DNA of 64,000 nt from Candidatus Limnocylindrales bacterium (GCA_036558545.1 DATBFJ010000028.1:4259-68258), one strand, 5' to 3'. Positions 9,580 through 20,654 are shown, numbered from the stretch's first letter. The notes: a model not told the origin generated them from the sequence alone. Program-made: numbers and translations.

Positions 9580-10850
9580 TCGAGCTCGACACCGCCAATG
9601 CGCACGCTATCGCCCGCCGTGACGCCCGCCCGAACGAGCTCACGCTCCACGCCAAGGCGAGCCAGATCCCGCTGGAATCGCTCAGCGGACTCCGGATTGT
9701 CGAAGTTCGTCTGCGCCGCCAGCCGCTCGATTCGTCGTCCAACCACACGATAGGCCTCCCCCTCGCGTTGGACGGAGAAGACGTCATGGCCCGACTCGAG
9801 GCGGTGGACGACAACACCCGCCGACGCGGCCGGCCGCGCGAGCTCATCGGCGTCGGGAAGCAGCTCAGCGAGCGCGGCGACAAGACCGTCAATTCCAGTG
9901 CCCTTGTCCGCCGAGATTGCCACGACCGGCAGACCGTCGCGCGCGCGTGCATGCTCGAAAGCAATCAGGTTTTCGCGCGCGTCGGGCAGGTCCATCTTGT
10001 TTGCCACGACCAAAGTGAGCTTTTCGAGCAGCTGCGGCTCATATTCCTGCAGCTCGTCGCGGATCACCTGGTAGTCGCGCTCCGGGTCGAGTGCGGCCAT
10101 GTCGACGACGTGAACCAACAGCCTGGTGCGTGCCACGTGCCGGAGGAACGCGTAACCCAGCCCGGCGCCGCTGCTCGCGCCCTCGATCAATCCGGGCATG
10201 TCCGCCACGGTAACTCGTCGGTCGTCGCGCCCATCGAACACGGACAAATCCAACACGCCAAGGTTGGGAGTCAGGGTGGTAAACGGGTACGGCGCGATTT
10301 CGGGATTGGCGTTGCTCAGAACGCTCAGCAACGTCGACTTGCCCGCGTTGGGCAGTCCGATCAGGCCCACGTCGGCGATCAGGCGCAGCTCGAGCTGTAG
10401 CCGGCGCTCTTCGCCCGGCTCACCATTCTGCGCGTGAGTCGGCGCTCGATTGACCGAGGTTGCGAAGTGAACGTTGCCGAGTCCGCCGCGGCCGCCGCGG
10501 GCGACCATGACTTCCTGCTCTCTCGAAACCAGGTCCGCGAGCAGGTCGCCCGTGCCCATATCGCGCACGAGCGTGCCCGGCGGAACGTGGAGAAACAGGT
10601 CCTTGCCGGCCTTGCCGTGACGTTTGGAGCCCTCGCCACGACCGCCCGATTCAGCCCGGAAGTGGTGCTTGAAGCGGTAATCGCGGAGCATCGTTTCACC
10701 GGCGTCGACGCGCATATAGACACTGCCACCCCGGCCGCCATCGCCTCCATCAGGGCCGCCGCGAGGCACGTGTGCCTCGCGGCGCATCGTCGACGCTCCG
10801 TCACCGCCGTCACCGGCACGAACGGTGATCGTCACCTCGTCAAGAAACAT
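9561..10850 (-). CDS. obg: GTPase Obg/CgtA
   Basis: It has the Gly-rich Obg fold (GDGGDG...GGPDGGDGGRGG), a G domain (GLPNAGKSTLL, DMPGLIEGA, NKMD) and an OCT-like C-terminus. Confidence 0.95.
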   Translation of the reverse strand: MFLDEVTITVRAGDGGDGASTMRREAHVPRGGPDGGDGGRGGSVYMRVDAGETMLRDYRFKHHFRAESGGRGEGSKRHGKAGKDLFLHVPPGTLVRDMGTGDLLADLVSREQEVMVARGGRGGLGNVHFATSVNRAPTHAQNGEPGEERRLQLELRLIADVGLIGLPNAGKSTLLSVLSNANPEIAPYPFTTLTPNLGVLDLSVFDGRDDRRVTVADMPGLIEGASSGAGLGYAFLRHVARTRLLVHVVDMAALDPERDYQVIRDELQEYEPQLLEKLTLVVANKMDLPDARENLIAFEHARARDGLPVVAISADKGTGIDGLVAALAELLPDADELARPAASAGVVVHRLESGHDVFSVQREGEAYRVVGRRIERLAAQTNFDNPESAERFQRDLARLGVERELVRAGVTAGDSVRIGGVELEWDDES

Positions 10851-10871
10851 TGGCCGAGATCGTAACGGCGC

Positions 10872-11447
10872 TTATGTGTCGCTGAGGAAGTCCAGGACTC
10901 GTCGCATCAGAAGCTTCGCGGCCTCAGCGTCGTACGACGGAAGGGCGCTATCGGCAAAGTAATGCTGATCGCCCGGGTACAGAAACAGCTCGCCCTTGTT
11001 TGCCTGGGCGATCAGCTCGCGCGCGTTGTCGACGTCGCCCTCATCAATGAAGAACGCGTCGTGGTCTGCGCCGTGCACCTGGACGGGCACGTCCGCTGGC
11101 CAGCCACCGAACTCGCTGGCCGGCACGCACGAATAGAAGAACAGCGCCCCTTTGGCCCCGGACCGGGTCTGCGCCAGCATCTGTGCCGGAAGCACGCCCA
11201 GCGAGAAGCCGGCATAAACCACGCCGCTCGGAAGGTCTTCCACGGCTGCGGCGCCTCGCTTGAGAATCTCTTCTGGAAATCCAAGCTGCTCGGCGAAAGC
11301 CATGCCGTGTTCGATGCTGTCGAACGTTCGGCCACCAAATAGGTCTGGCGTGTGAACCGTATGTCCGGCGTCACGCAACTCGTCAGCGAAGGTGATGATG
11401 CCCGGCGACAGCCCGAGGGCATGGTGAAAGAGAACCACTTCCGTCAT
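10872..11447 (-). CDS. Dienelactone hydrolase family alpha/beta-hydrolase
   Basis: 191 aa with overall DLH-like sequence (VLFHHALGL...GFSLG...HGADHD). A GAGGAG SD lies upstream. Confidence 0.75.
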   Translation of the reverse strand: MTEVVLFHHALGLSPGIITFADELRDAGHTVHTPDLFGGRTFDSIEHGMAFAEQLGFPEEILKRGAAAVEDLPSGVVYAGFSLGVLPAQMLAQTRSGAKGALFFYSCVPASEFGGWPADVPVQVHGADHDAFFIDEGDVDNARELIAQANKGELFLYPGDQHYFADSALPSYDAEAAKLLMRRVLDFLSDT

Positions 11448-11674
11448 AACGCTCCTCAGCAGTTTGTCCCGTCCAGCGGGCGAACGATCCGCCGGGAATC
11501 GGCGGCCTGTACGTCAGACGTCATCTGGTCGCCAATCAACCCCGCGGGATGGACGAAAGTCGGGTAGAACCGCAAGCCCAAGACCAACGCGGCCTCCCAG
11601 CGGACGGATGACCGCTGATCGGGTCCGACGCGTCGGAACGAACTCGAGCCGCTGCCTGCAGCCTGAGCTCGCGG

Positions 11675-12940
11675 CTAGGCAGCGTCTGCGGCGGCAGCGT
11701 TCTTGGTCAGAGCCGCAAGGAACTCGGCATTCGAGTTCGACTTCGAGAGGCGGTTGAGCAACAGCTCGATGCCCTCGTTCGTGCCCACGGCCGACAGCAT
11801 CCGGCGCATCGTCCAGACCATGCGCAGGGTGCCCTCCTCGAGGAGCAGCTCCTCGCGACGAGTGCCTGAACGCTGGACGTCGATCGCCGGGAAGACGCGC
11901 TTCTCCGCGAGCTTGCGATCAAGGATCAGCTCACTGTTGCCCGTGCCCTTGAACTCCTCGTAGATGACGTCGTCCATGCGCGAGCCCGTGTCGATCAGGC
12001 AGGTGCCGATGATCGTCAATGAGCCGCCTTCCTCGATCTTTCGCGCTGCGCCAAAGAAACGCTTGGGCGGATACAGCGCGATCGGGTCGATACCACCCGA
12101 CAGCGTTCGACCGGACGGCGGCAGGGCCAGGTTGTAGGCACGTGCCAGCCGGGTGATCGAGTCGAGCAGGATGACCACGTCGCGGCCCGTCTCGACCTGC
12201 CGCTTGGCAATCTCGAGGGCCATCTCCGCGGCGTGAGTGTGGTTTTCCGTTGGCTCGTCGAAGGTCGAGGAGATCACCTCGCCTTTGACGGAGCGGCGCA
12301 TGTCCGTGACTTCCTCAGGGCGCTCACCGATGAGCGCGACCATCAGCAGAATCTCCGGGTAGTTGGCCGTGATGCCGTTGGCGATCTGCTTTAGCAGCAT
12401 CGTCTTCCCGGCCTTTGGCGGCGAGACGATCAACGCGCGCTGGCCCTTGCCCAGTGGGTTGACCAGGTTGATCAGGCGCTGCGACAGGTTCTTGGGATCC
12501 GTTTCGAGGTTGATCAGCTCGAAGGGGTGTACCGGCGTCAGCGCGTCGAAGTAGGGACGGCGCTTCGCGGCCTCCGGGTCGACGCCGTTGACCGACTCGA
12601 CTCGAACGAGGCCCCAATACTTCTCGCCGTCCTTGGGCTGGCGAATGACGCCGGCAACGCGGTCGCCGGCACGGAGACCGAAGCGCCTGACCTGGGAGGA
12701 CGACACGTAGACGTCATCTGGCGAGGGCATAAGGCCGCGCCGACGCAGGAAACCATAGCCATCGTCGACGATGTCGAGGATGCCCATGACGTAGACCTGG
12801 CCGGATCGCTCGACCTGGCCCTGGAGGATGCGCTCGACGAGGTCGTCCTGGCGCATCTGCTTGGCACCGTCGACACCAAGCTCGGCGCCGATCTGTACAA
12901 GCTGATTGAAGTTCTTGGACTTGAGTTCGTTGATGTTCAT
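11675..12940 (-). CDS. rho: Transcription termination factor Rho
   Basis: It has MNINELKSK..., an N-terminal Rho domain, an OB/CSD-like RNA-binding domain and a Walker A (SPPKAGKTMLL). The start is placed at ATG 12940, and the upstream part of the track ORF is non-coding-like. Confidence 0.95.
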   Translation of the reverse strand: MNINELKSKNFNQLVQIGAELGVDGAKQMRQDDLVERILQGQVERSGQVYVMGILDIVDDGYGFLRRRGLMPSPDDVYVSSSQVRRFGLRAGDRVAGVIRQPKDGEKYWGLVRVESVNGVDPEAAKRRPYFDALTPVHPFELINLETDPKNLSQRLINLVNPLGKGQRALIVSPPKAGKTMLLKQIANGITANYPEILLMVALIGERPEEVTDMRRSVKGEVISSTFDEPTENHTHAAEMALEIAKRQVETGRDVVILLDSITRLARAYNLALPPSGRTLSGGIDPIALYPPKRFFGAARKIEEGGSLTIIGTCLIDTGSRMDDVIYEEFKGTGNSELILDRKLAEKRVFPAIDVQRSGTRREELLLEEGTLRMVWTMRRMLSAVGTNEGIELLLNRLSKSNSNAEFLAALTKNAAAADAA

Positions 12941-13209
12941 GCAGAAATTTGGGCCTACCTGCTGACGTCGATGGACAGTTACACGGGTGCTAGGGAGCCG
13001 CGCACGACGAGGGTTTGGACCGCTCCGGCACGCGCCACGCGAACAGCACAATTGGCCGTTTCGTGGGGGAAGCGGGGACACCCAGATGATAGCAAAACGC
13101 GCCGTGCGGTCAAGAGCGAGGCTGCGCGAACCATGAGCGACGGTTGAAAGGCGCCTGACAGTCTGATTTGCACGAGCCGTAGCACCCATCGAGGGCGGCC
13201 AGGGAGACG

Positions 13210-14460
13210 ATGTCGACCATGGCTCACGGCGAAGAAGTGCGCGTGCTGGGCCGATACGCCCTCGAGGAGCAGATCGCCACGGGTACCACTGCGACGATCT
13301 GGCGCGCACACGACACAAGGACCGGCCAGGAGGTCGCGGTCAAGCGTTTCCACTCGTATCTGCTGACCGACCGGGTCGCCCGCCACCGAATGGAAAGCGA
13401 GGCGAAGGCAGCCAAGCGCGTCCATGGTCGAACGATCGTGTCCGCGATCGGCATGATCTCGACCAAGGACGAGTTCGCGCTGGTCTTCCCCTTTGTTCCC
13501 GGGATTCCCCTGGCGGAGCGACTTCGCCAGGAACCCCCTCTGACCGTGGCCCAATCGGCGGCAATCGCAGCGAACGTTGCCGAGGCACTGACGGTCATCC
13601 ATCGAGCTGGGCTCATTCATCGAGACGTCAAACCCGGCAACATCCTGCTGGCTGAGCACGGACGCGCGCAGTTGCTGGACTTTGGGATCTCGCGCGCGGT
13701 GACAGACGAGATCCAGGCCGCTCAGTCAATCACCGGCGCAGGCCTCGCGATCGGAACGCTGCCGTATATGGCGCCCGAACAGCTTGCTGCTCAACCCGCC
13801 AGCCCGGCCACGGACATCTTCGCGCTGGGGGTCGTCCTGTACGAGATGCTGGCTGGCGTCCGGCCGTTCACTTCATCCACGCCCCTGGCGCTCGCGGACG
13901 AACAGCGAAAGCCGCCCGCACGCATCGACGGGGTCCCGGAACCGCTGGTTGACGTTGCGCTGCGCGCGCTCGCCGTCGATCCGCCGGTTCGTCCACTGGC
14001 GGCACAGATGACCACCGAGCTGAGGACGTGGCTCGCGCATCCCTTGGCCGCCGAGGTACCTACCGCAACCTTCCCCGGCGCGCCTTTGGTCAGCGCCGCG
14101 GATCGCGCCAGCGGTGGGCGCGGCATTGCGCTGGGACTCGCCGGCGCGGCCAGCGTGCTGCTCATCGCGATAGTCGCCCTTGCCGCAGTGCAGCCAATGG
14201 CGGGCCCAGAAGCGGCAGCAACACGTGCGCCATTGGCCGCTGCCGTAGCTCCCACGACGACTGAGTCGCCGCAACCGGGTACGTCAGTAGCCCCGTCGCC
14301 GGTACCTGCGTCGGAATCGCCCACGAAGGCGCCCGCGACTGCTGAGGCACCGTCTCCGCGGCCCGTTCGGAACGCTCCGAAGGCACCCACGCCCGACCAT
14401 AAGAGGCACCACGCTCCGCACCACAAGCACCACCACCACCATCGTCGCCCCAGGCCGTAG
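13210..14460 (+). CDS. Ser/Thr protein kinase (Hanks type) with one TM helix and a Pro/Ala-rich, His-rich C-terminal tail
   Basis: Kinase motifs present are VAVKR, HRDVKPGNILL, DFGISR and PYMAPE. The TM helix is IALGLAGAASVLLIAIVALAAV. The tail ends HKRHHAPHHKHHHHHRRPRP. Confidence 0.85.
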   Translation: MSTMAHGEEVRVLGRYALEEQIATGTTATIWRAHDTRTGQEVAVKRFHSYLLTDRVARHRMESEAKAAKRVHGRTIVSAIGMISTKDEFALVFPFVPGIPLAERLRQEPPLTVAQSAAIAANVAEALTVIHRAGLIHRDVKPGNILLAEHGRAQLLDFGISRAVTDEIQAAQSITGAGLAIGTLPYMAPEQLAAQPASPATDIFALGVVLYEMLAGVRPFTSSTPLALADEQRKPPARIDGVPEPLVDVALRALAVDPPVRPLAAQMTTELRTWLAHPLAAEVPTATFPGAPLVSAADRASGGRGIALGLAGAASVLLIAIVALAAVQPMAGPEAAATRAPLAAAVAPTTTESPQPGTSVAPSPVPASESPTKAPATAEAPSPRPVRNAPKAPTPDHKRHHAPHHKHHHHHRRPRP

Positions 14461-14685
14461 TGCCTCCCAGCATGGTGCCTCGGCCGGGTCGCAGCTGGGT
14501 CGTCTCACCTCGTGTCAACACCCCCCGGCGTTGCGCACGCGCACCGACGTTGCGCTGTGTTGCTTCCCACAAGGACTTTGGTCCCATAGGTAGTGACCTG
14601 GGAGGCTTGTAAAAGTCGGCCTGCCAACGCATCCACTCGTGTATCGAGCGCCCTCATGGGCGGCGCTCGGACTAACGCACGAATC

Positions 14686-14730
14686 GGGGGGCGGGGGTCT
14701 CCAGCGGGGGGAAATGGGGGGAACAGGGGG
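14686..14730 (+). repeat. Cluster of five G5-G6 tracts (G-quadruplex-prone motif)
   Basis: The sequence reads GGGGGG-c-GGGGG-tctccagc-GGGGGG-aaat-GGGGGG-aaca-GGGGG, read directly from the sequence. All loops are 8 nt or shorter. Confidence 0.6.
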
Positions 14731-14731
14731 T

Positions 14732-14771
14732 GAAACTGCGGCGGTCAGTTGGCCGCCGCAGTTTCAGTTTT
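14732..14771 (+). terminator. Intrinsic terminator-like hairpin (plus-strand orientation), overlapping the tal stop codon
   Basis: The perfect 13-bp stem is GAAACTGCGGCGG / CCGCCGCAGTTTC with an 8-nt loop, followed by AGTTTT on the plus strand. No U-tract follows on the minus strand. Confidence 0.65.
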
Positions 14772-15468
14772 GGCGGCCTGGGACGGCGGAGGCAGGGACC
14801 TCCTGGGCATTCTTCTCTGCAGCAGCCCTGCGTGCCTTCTCCCAGTCCGAGCGGAACGTCACGATTCCCTTGTCGGTGAGCGGGTGGTGAACCATCTGCT
14901 GAAGCACCTTGAAGGGAATGGTCGCGATGTGCGCACCGATGAGTGCCGCATCCGTCACATGACGGGGGTGGCGAACGGAGGCGACGAGCACCTCGGCATC
15001 CAGGTCGTACGTGTCGATGATCGGCACGAGCTCGCGAATGACATCCATGCCTTCCTGGTTGATGTCGTCCAGGCGACCGACGAAGGGCGATAACAGCGAG
15101 GCCCCGGCCTTCGCCGCAAGGAGGCCCTGATTGGCCGTGAAGATGAGCGTGCAGTTGGTCTTGATGCCCTCATCGGCAAAGCGGGCGATCGCCTCCAGGC
15201 CCTCTTCGCTCATGGGCACCTTGACGACGATATTCGGCGCGAGCTTGGCGAAGGCCCTGCCCTCTCGGAGCATGCCCTCGACATCTTCTGCCACAACTTC
15301 CGCGCTGACCGGACCGGGCGTCAGGTCGCATATCTCACGCAGGATGTCGTCGTAAGAACCGCCCACCTTTGCGTAGAGGGTCGGATTGGTAGTCACGCCG
15401 TCGAGCACGCCCCATTTGGCGGCAGTGCGGATCTCCTCGATCTCGGCTGTGTCAAGGAAAAGCTTCAT
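14764..15468 (-). CDS. tal: Transaldolase type 3B / fructose-6-phosphate aldolase family
   Basis: It begins MKLFLDTAEIEEIRTAAKWGVLDGVTTNPTL and has a KVP catalytic-Lys region. It is 234 aa, with a ~20-aa C-terminal extension relative to the usual ~215 aa. Confidence 0.9.
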   Translation of the reverse strand: MKLFLDTAEIEEIRTAAKWGVLDGVTTNPTLYAKVGGSYDDILREICDLTPGPVSAEVVAEDVEGMLREGRAFAKLAPNIVVKVPMSEEGLEAIARFADEGIKTNCTLIFTANQGLLAAKAGASLLSPFVGRLDDINQEGMDVIRELVPIIDTYDLDAEVLVASVRHPRHVTDAALIGAHIATIPFKVLQQMVHHPLTDKGIVTFRSDWEKARRAAAEKNAQEVPASAVPGRQN

Positions 15469-15532
15469 TGCGGACTCCTCGTTCTTGGCCGCATCTTACG
15501 CGCGCTCCGATTGCGCACCTTAAAGTCCGCGG

Positions 15533-16507
15533 ATGCCTACCCGCTTTCAATCTCAGAAATTCGCGCCGGAGCACGTTGCGGAGGCTGCCGCGCTTCTTGC
15601 GGATCGCCACAAGCGCCATCGCCAGGCATGGCCTTCGCTGGACCCCAAATTCGAGGATGCCAGGAACTGCGAACCGCTCCTGACCGAGCGCCTCGAGCGG
15701 GGTGGTGCTTTGGGCGCGGTGGCAATCGCAGATGGGCACGTCGCCGGTTACGTGCTGACGACCCCCAGGGAAGACGCCACGTGGGGTCCCAACGCGTGGG
15801 CCGAAGACGTGGGCTCGGCGGGTGATGGCGAAGCGGTTCGCGTGGCCTATGCCGCCATTGCCGGCGACCTCGTCGACGCGGGCATCCGCGGTCATTGGGC
15901 GATGGTCCCTGCGAGTGACGACGAGCTCATCGAAGCCTGGTTCAGCATGAGCTTTGGCGTGCAGCACGTTTACGCCCTTCAGGCTTCGGTAAGCACCGAC
16001 TTTCAGCCAAGGGTGCCCGACGAACTGACGATCAGACGACCGACCAGGGAAGACATTCCAGTCATGGCCCAACTCGACCTGGTGTTGCCCGAGCACGTCA
16101 GTCGGGGCCCCGTGTTCTCGACGCTCAGAGTTCCGACGCTCGCAGAAACGCAGGCAGAGCTGGCACAGGATTTCGACGATCCCAAGTACAGCCTCTGGGT
16201 CGCGGAACGCGATGGAGCGATCGTGTCAGAGCTTGTCGGGCTCAACCTTGACGACTCACCCTCATGGACGCCGCTGATGAAGCCGGTCAGTGCTGGTTTC
16301 CTCGGCTTTGCCGCGACGCTGCCGTCAGCGCGCGGCCTGGGCGCAGGCCGCGCGCTGACCGACGTCTTCAAGGCCTGGGCACGCGACTCCGGCTACCAAT
16401 GGCTCGCCACGGATTGGCGATCGACGAACGTCGAGGCAAACCGGACGTGGCAGGCGATGGGCTTCGTGCCGCACTACCTGCGGCTCTACAGGGCGATCCC
16501 GGGCTAG
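15533..16507 (+). CDS. GNAT family N-acetyltransferase (two-lobed, 324 aa)
   Basis: The C-terminal acetyl-CoA-binding-like block is ARGLGAGRALTDVFKAWARDSGYQWLATDW...NRTWQAMGF. Confidence 0.65.
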   Translation: MPTRFQSQKFAPEHVAEAAALLADRHKRHRQAWPSLDPKFEDARNCEPLLTERLERGGALGAVAIADGHVAGYVLTTPREDATWGPNAWAEDVGSAGDGEAVRVAYAAIAGDLVDAGIRGHWAMVPASDDELIEAWFSMSFGVQHVYALQASVSTDFQPRVPDELTIRRPTREDIPVMAQLDLVLPEHVSRGPVFSTLRVPTLAETQAELAQDFDDPKYSLWVAERDGAIVSELVGLNLDDSPSWTPLMKPVSAGFLGFAATLPSARGLGAGRALTDVFKAWARDSGYQWLATDWRSTNVEANRTWQAMGFVPHYLRLYRAIPG

Positions 16508-16513
16508 GCGGTT

Positions 16514-17272
16514 TTACCAGTCCTCTGCCGGAACACCGGCTTCCGCCGCTGCGACAACCGAAACTCGCAGGGTGTCCAGATCTCGCGCGACCTGCTCGAG
16601 GATTGGCGCGGCCGCACCGGCTGACGAGCGGCCGAAGACCGTCGCGCCAAGCCGACCGAATGCACGCGCGTTGAGCCGCGACAGCCACGCGACCTCAGAT
16701 CGGCGCTTGCCCAGCATGTCGATCGTCTTCTCGATCTGGACGGTGTGCTCATCGATGTGCGATGACCAGCGCCACTGGCGGAAACCGATCGTCACGGGAT
16801 AGCCCGACCAGCCGGCCTTGACGTTCATCTCGTCGGTCGTCAGCGTCGCGTAGCGCGTGGAGGTCGCGTCGACGACATCGTCGAACTCGCGACGGACGTC
16901 CACGAGCGACCCGAGAGCCTCCTCGTCCTCCTCGGGAAAACCATCGTTCGGATCGCCGGGCAGACGCTGCGGACCTGCCGGTCGCGGCTGGTCGCGCACG
17001 GACAGCCAGTTGGCACTGCCCCAGGCATAGCCGCGTTGCGAGTTGATGATGTGCTGCATCGTGCGCCGGATCGTCCACTCGGCGTTGCCCGGGTCCGCGT
17101 CGAGATCGACGTCAGTCAAAGTGGCCAGCACTCCATGCAGCGCCCAGCGAGAGAGAGCTGTTGCGCCGACGGCGTCGCGCGCCTCGCTGCTCGGCGAGCC
17201 GGCCAGTGCCCGGGTCGACGCTGACGCTGCCAGATCCAGGATCTCAAGGACTCGATAGAAGCCGTACCTCAC
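16514..17272 (-). CDS. DinB-family (DinB_2/mycothiol-dependent-enzyme-like) protein; the true start is probably upstream of the first canonical start
   Basis: It has His-containing helices (MQHIINSQ, SSHIDEHTVQIEK). Coding-like sequence continues 58 codons upstream of GTG 17272, up to a CTG at 17446 (see findings). Confidence 0.55.
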   Translation of the reverse strand: MRYGFYRVLEILDLAASASTRALAGSPSSEARDAVGATALSRWALHGVLATLTDVDLDADPGNAEWTIRRTMQHIINSQRGYAWGSANWLSVRDQPRPAGPQRLPGDPNDGFPEEDEEALGSLVDVRREFDDVVDATSTRYATLTTDEMNVKAGWSGYPVTIGFRQWRWSSHIDEHTVQIEKTIDMLGKRRSEVAWLSRLNARAFGRLGATVFGRSSAGAAAPILEQVARDLDTLRVSVVAAAEAGVPAEDW

Positions 17273-17442
17273 GTCCGCGGGATTGCCCTCCCACGTCCAC
17301 GCGCAGGTCAGTCGGTCGTCATCGAACGCGGCGAACGCGTCGAGCAGCTCGCGAAATGCGTCGCGCGCCCGGACCAGCGAACTCGGAATCTCGACGAGCG
17401 GTCCGGGCGCCTTCTCCAGGATGTACGGGTCGATGGTTGCTC

Positions 17443-19134
<1,692 letters not shown>

Positions 19135-19225
19135 TCACGGGCACGCAAGCAGGAGGCCGGTTCAGGTCTGCTCGGGAAACCATCATAACCCAGTTGGGCC
19201 CGCCGGCGTGCGCTTGTTACATCAC

Positions 19226-20368
19226 CTAGGGCGTCGGGCGCATGTCGGGTCGCGCGCCATGAGGTAGGCCATCAAAAAGCAGCACGCCAGTTGATGGGTC
19301 CGTCCTGCACAGCACCACGTCGTCGACGGGGTTGCCGTGGCCACACGACAGGATCAGACCCGATCCATCAGGCAACCAGCGCGCCTGCGCCGCTCGGACC
19401 TGGGCAGGATTAGTCGTGTTAGTGATCTGCTTCGGATCCGTGCCGTCCGAGCGCATCGTCCACAGGTTCGATGGGTGGTCAACCTCGTGCATCTGGCCCA
19501 GGTCGTAAGTGTTGTACGCGATGAGGTCCTTGGTAGGGTCCCAGTCAGGCCACGCCGTGAAGCTGCTCAACTCCGTGAGCCAGGTCACATCGCCGCCGGT
19601 CGATGCGATCGTCCCGAGGCGCGAGCCGTCAAGGAACGTGCCGGTGGGATCCCAATGCTGGAGGTCGAACGCGATCGTCTTCCCGTCGGGAGACCAGGTG
19701 GGCGGGTTATCGAAGTGATCGGGAAACTTGACAGTGGTGAGTCGTTTGATCGTCCCTGAAGCGAGATCAATGGTGGCGAAGGAATCGTCCTCATCGCGGT
19801 AGCAGACGAAAGCGATCTGATGTCCGTCAGGCGACCATGCTGGCCAGTACGACGCCACACACTCACCCTTCGGATCGACAAGGCGTTCCGCGTTGGACCC
19901 GTCCGCATCCATCAGCCAAAGGGTTCCGTCGGGAGCTTCGGCGTCGATGTTGACGAAGGCAATCCTTTTTCCATCAGGTGACCACGCCGGACCTCGGTGC
20001 TCGCCCGGGAGGTTGCCCGCGATGACGTGCTCGCCCGATCCGTCCGGCCGGACCAGGAAGACACTCTTGAAGTCATTGCCTTCCACGTACCACTCGTAAG
20101 TGATCCACTGCTCGCCGTTGGCTACCGACATGACGCTCGCTGCGGCACTCGGCGCAGTCGGCGAGACATTCGGTCTAGCCGATGCTGCGCTCGTCGTAGC
20201 CGGTGTTGACCGTTCCGAGGTCGGCGCAAGTGAAGGCGTAGCCGAGGTTGAAGCTTCCGCTGCCGTAGGGCCAGCCGATGCCGTGGGTGTCGCGGTAGGG
20301 ACCGCGACCGAGGAGCACGCCACGTCGACCAGCGCGATCGCCGCCGCAGCCGCCATCCTGAGATTCAC
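19226..20368 (-). CDS. TolB-like PD40 beta-propeller protein, probable lipoprotein
   Basis: It has repeated WSPDG(K/H)xIAF blades. The GTG at 20368 lies behind GGAGAAGGAGG. The N-terminus MNLRMAAAAAIALVDVACSS is followed by a Thr/Ser/Ala linker. The 570-aa track ORF is an upstream over-extension. Confidence 0.7.
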   Translation of the reverse strand: MNLRMAAAAAIALVDVACSSVAVPTATPTASAGPTAAEASTSATPSLAPTSERSTPATTSAASARPNVSPTAPSAAASVMSVANGEQWITYEWYVEGNDFKSVFLVRPDGSGEHVIAGNLPGEHRGPAWSPDGKRIAFVNIDAEAPDGTLWLMDADGSNAERLVDPKGECVASYWPAWSPDGHQIAFVCYRDEDDSFATIDLASGTIKRLTTVKFPDHFDNPPTWSPDGKTIAFDLQHWDPTGTFLDGSRLGTIASTGGDVTWLTELSSFTAWPDWDPTKDLIAYNTYDLGQMHEVDHPSNLWTMRSDGTDPKQITNTTNPAQVRAAQARWLPDGSGLILSCGHGNPVDDVVLCRTDPSTGVLLFDGLPHGARPDMRPTP

Positions 20369-20453
20369 TTGACCGCCTCCTTCTCCAGGTTCGCTGTCAG
20401 AGAACCGATGGCCCGAGCGGTCACTAAGGCAACACCGTGATGATCGGCGACTC

Positions 20454-20478
20454 CGCCACACCAGTGCGCCACACCAGT
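20454..20478. repeat. Tandem 12-nt direct repeat CGCCACACCAGT x2 (1-nt spacer) in a divergent promoter region
   Basis: Read directly at 20454-20465 and 20467-20478. It lies between the TolB-like gene start (20368) and the LuxR-family gene start (20655). Confidence 0.6.
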
Positions 20479-20654
20479 TTGGTGCTCCAGCTAATGAAGA
20501 CCGCTCCACCATCACGTTCGGGTTCTCGGGGTCTGTCTCAAGGCTTCCCCCGATTCGCAGCACCATGCGCCGTCGGGCAGATCGAAGGAAGTAGTGGAAT
20601 CCCTGTGCGATACCCTCACGCGGGTGTGCCGGGGGCAGATGCGAGGCGGTTCTG

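Noticed and set aside
14640-14735. Resemblance of the G-rich intergenic stretch (…CGAAUCGGGG…GGGGGUGAAAC) to the c-di-AMP (ydaO/yuaA) riboswitch.
   Set aside because: Only short G-rich words match. The characteristic ACCCA, GGUAGGG and CCCGAA…CAGCUAACC elements are absent. No downstream gene exists on either strand for a riboswitch to control.
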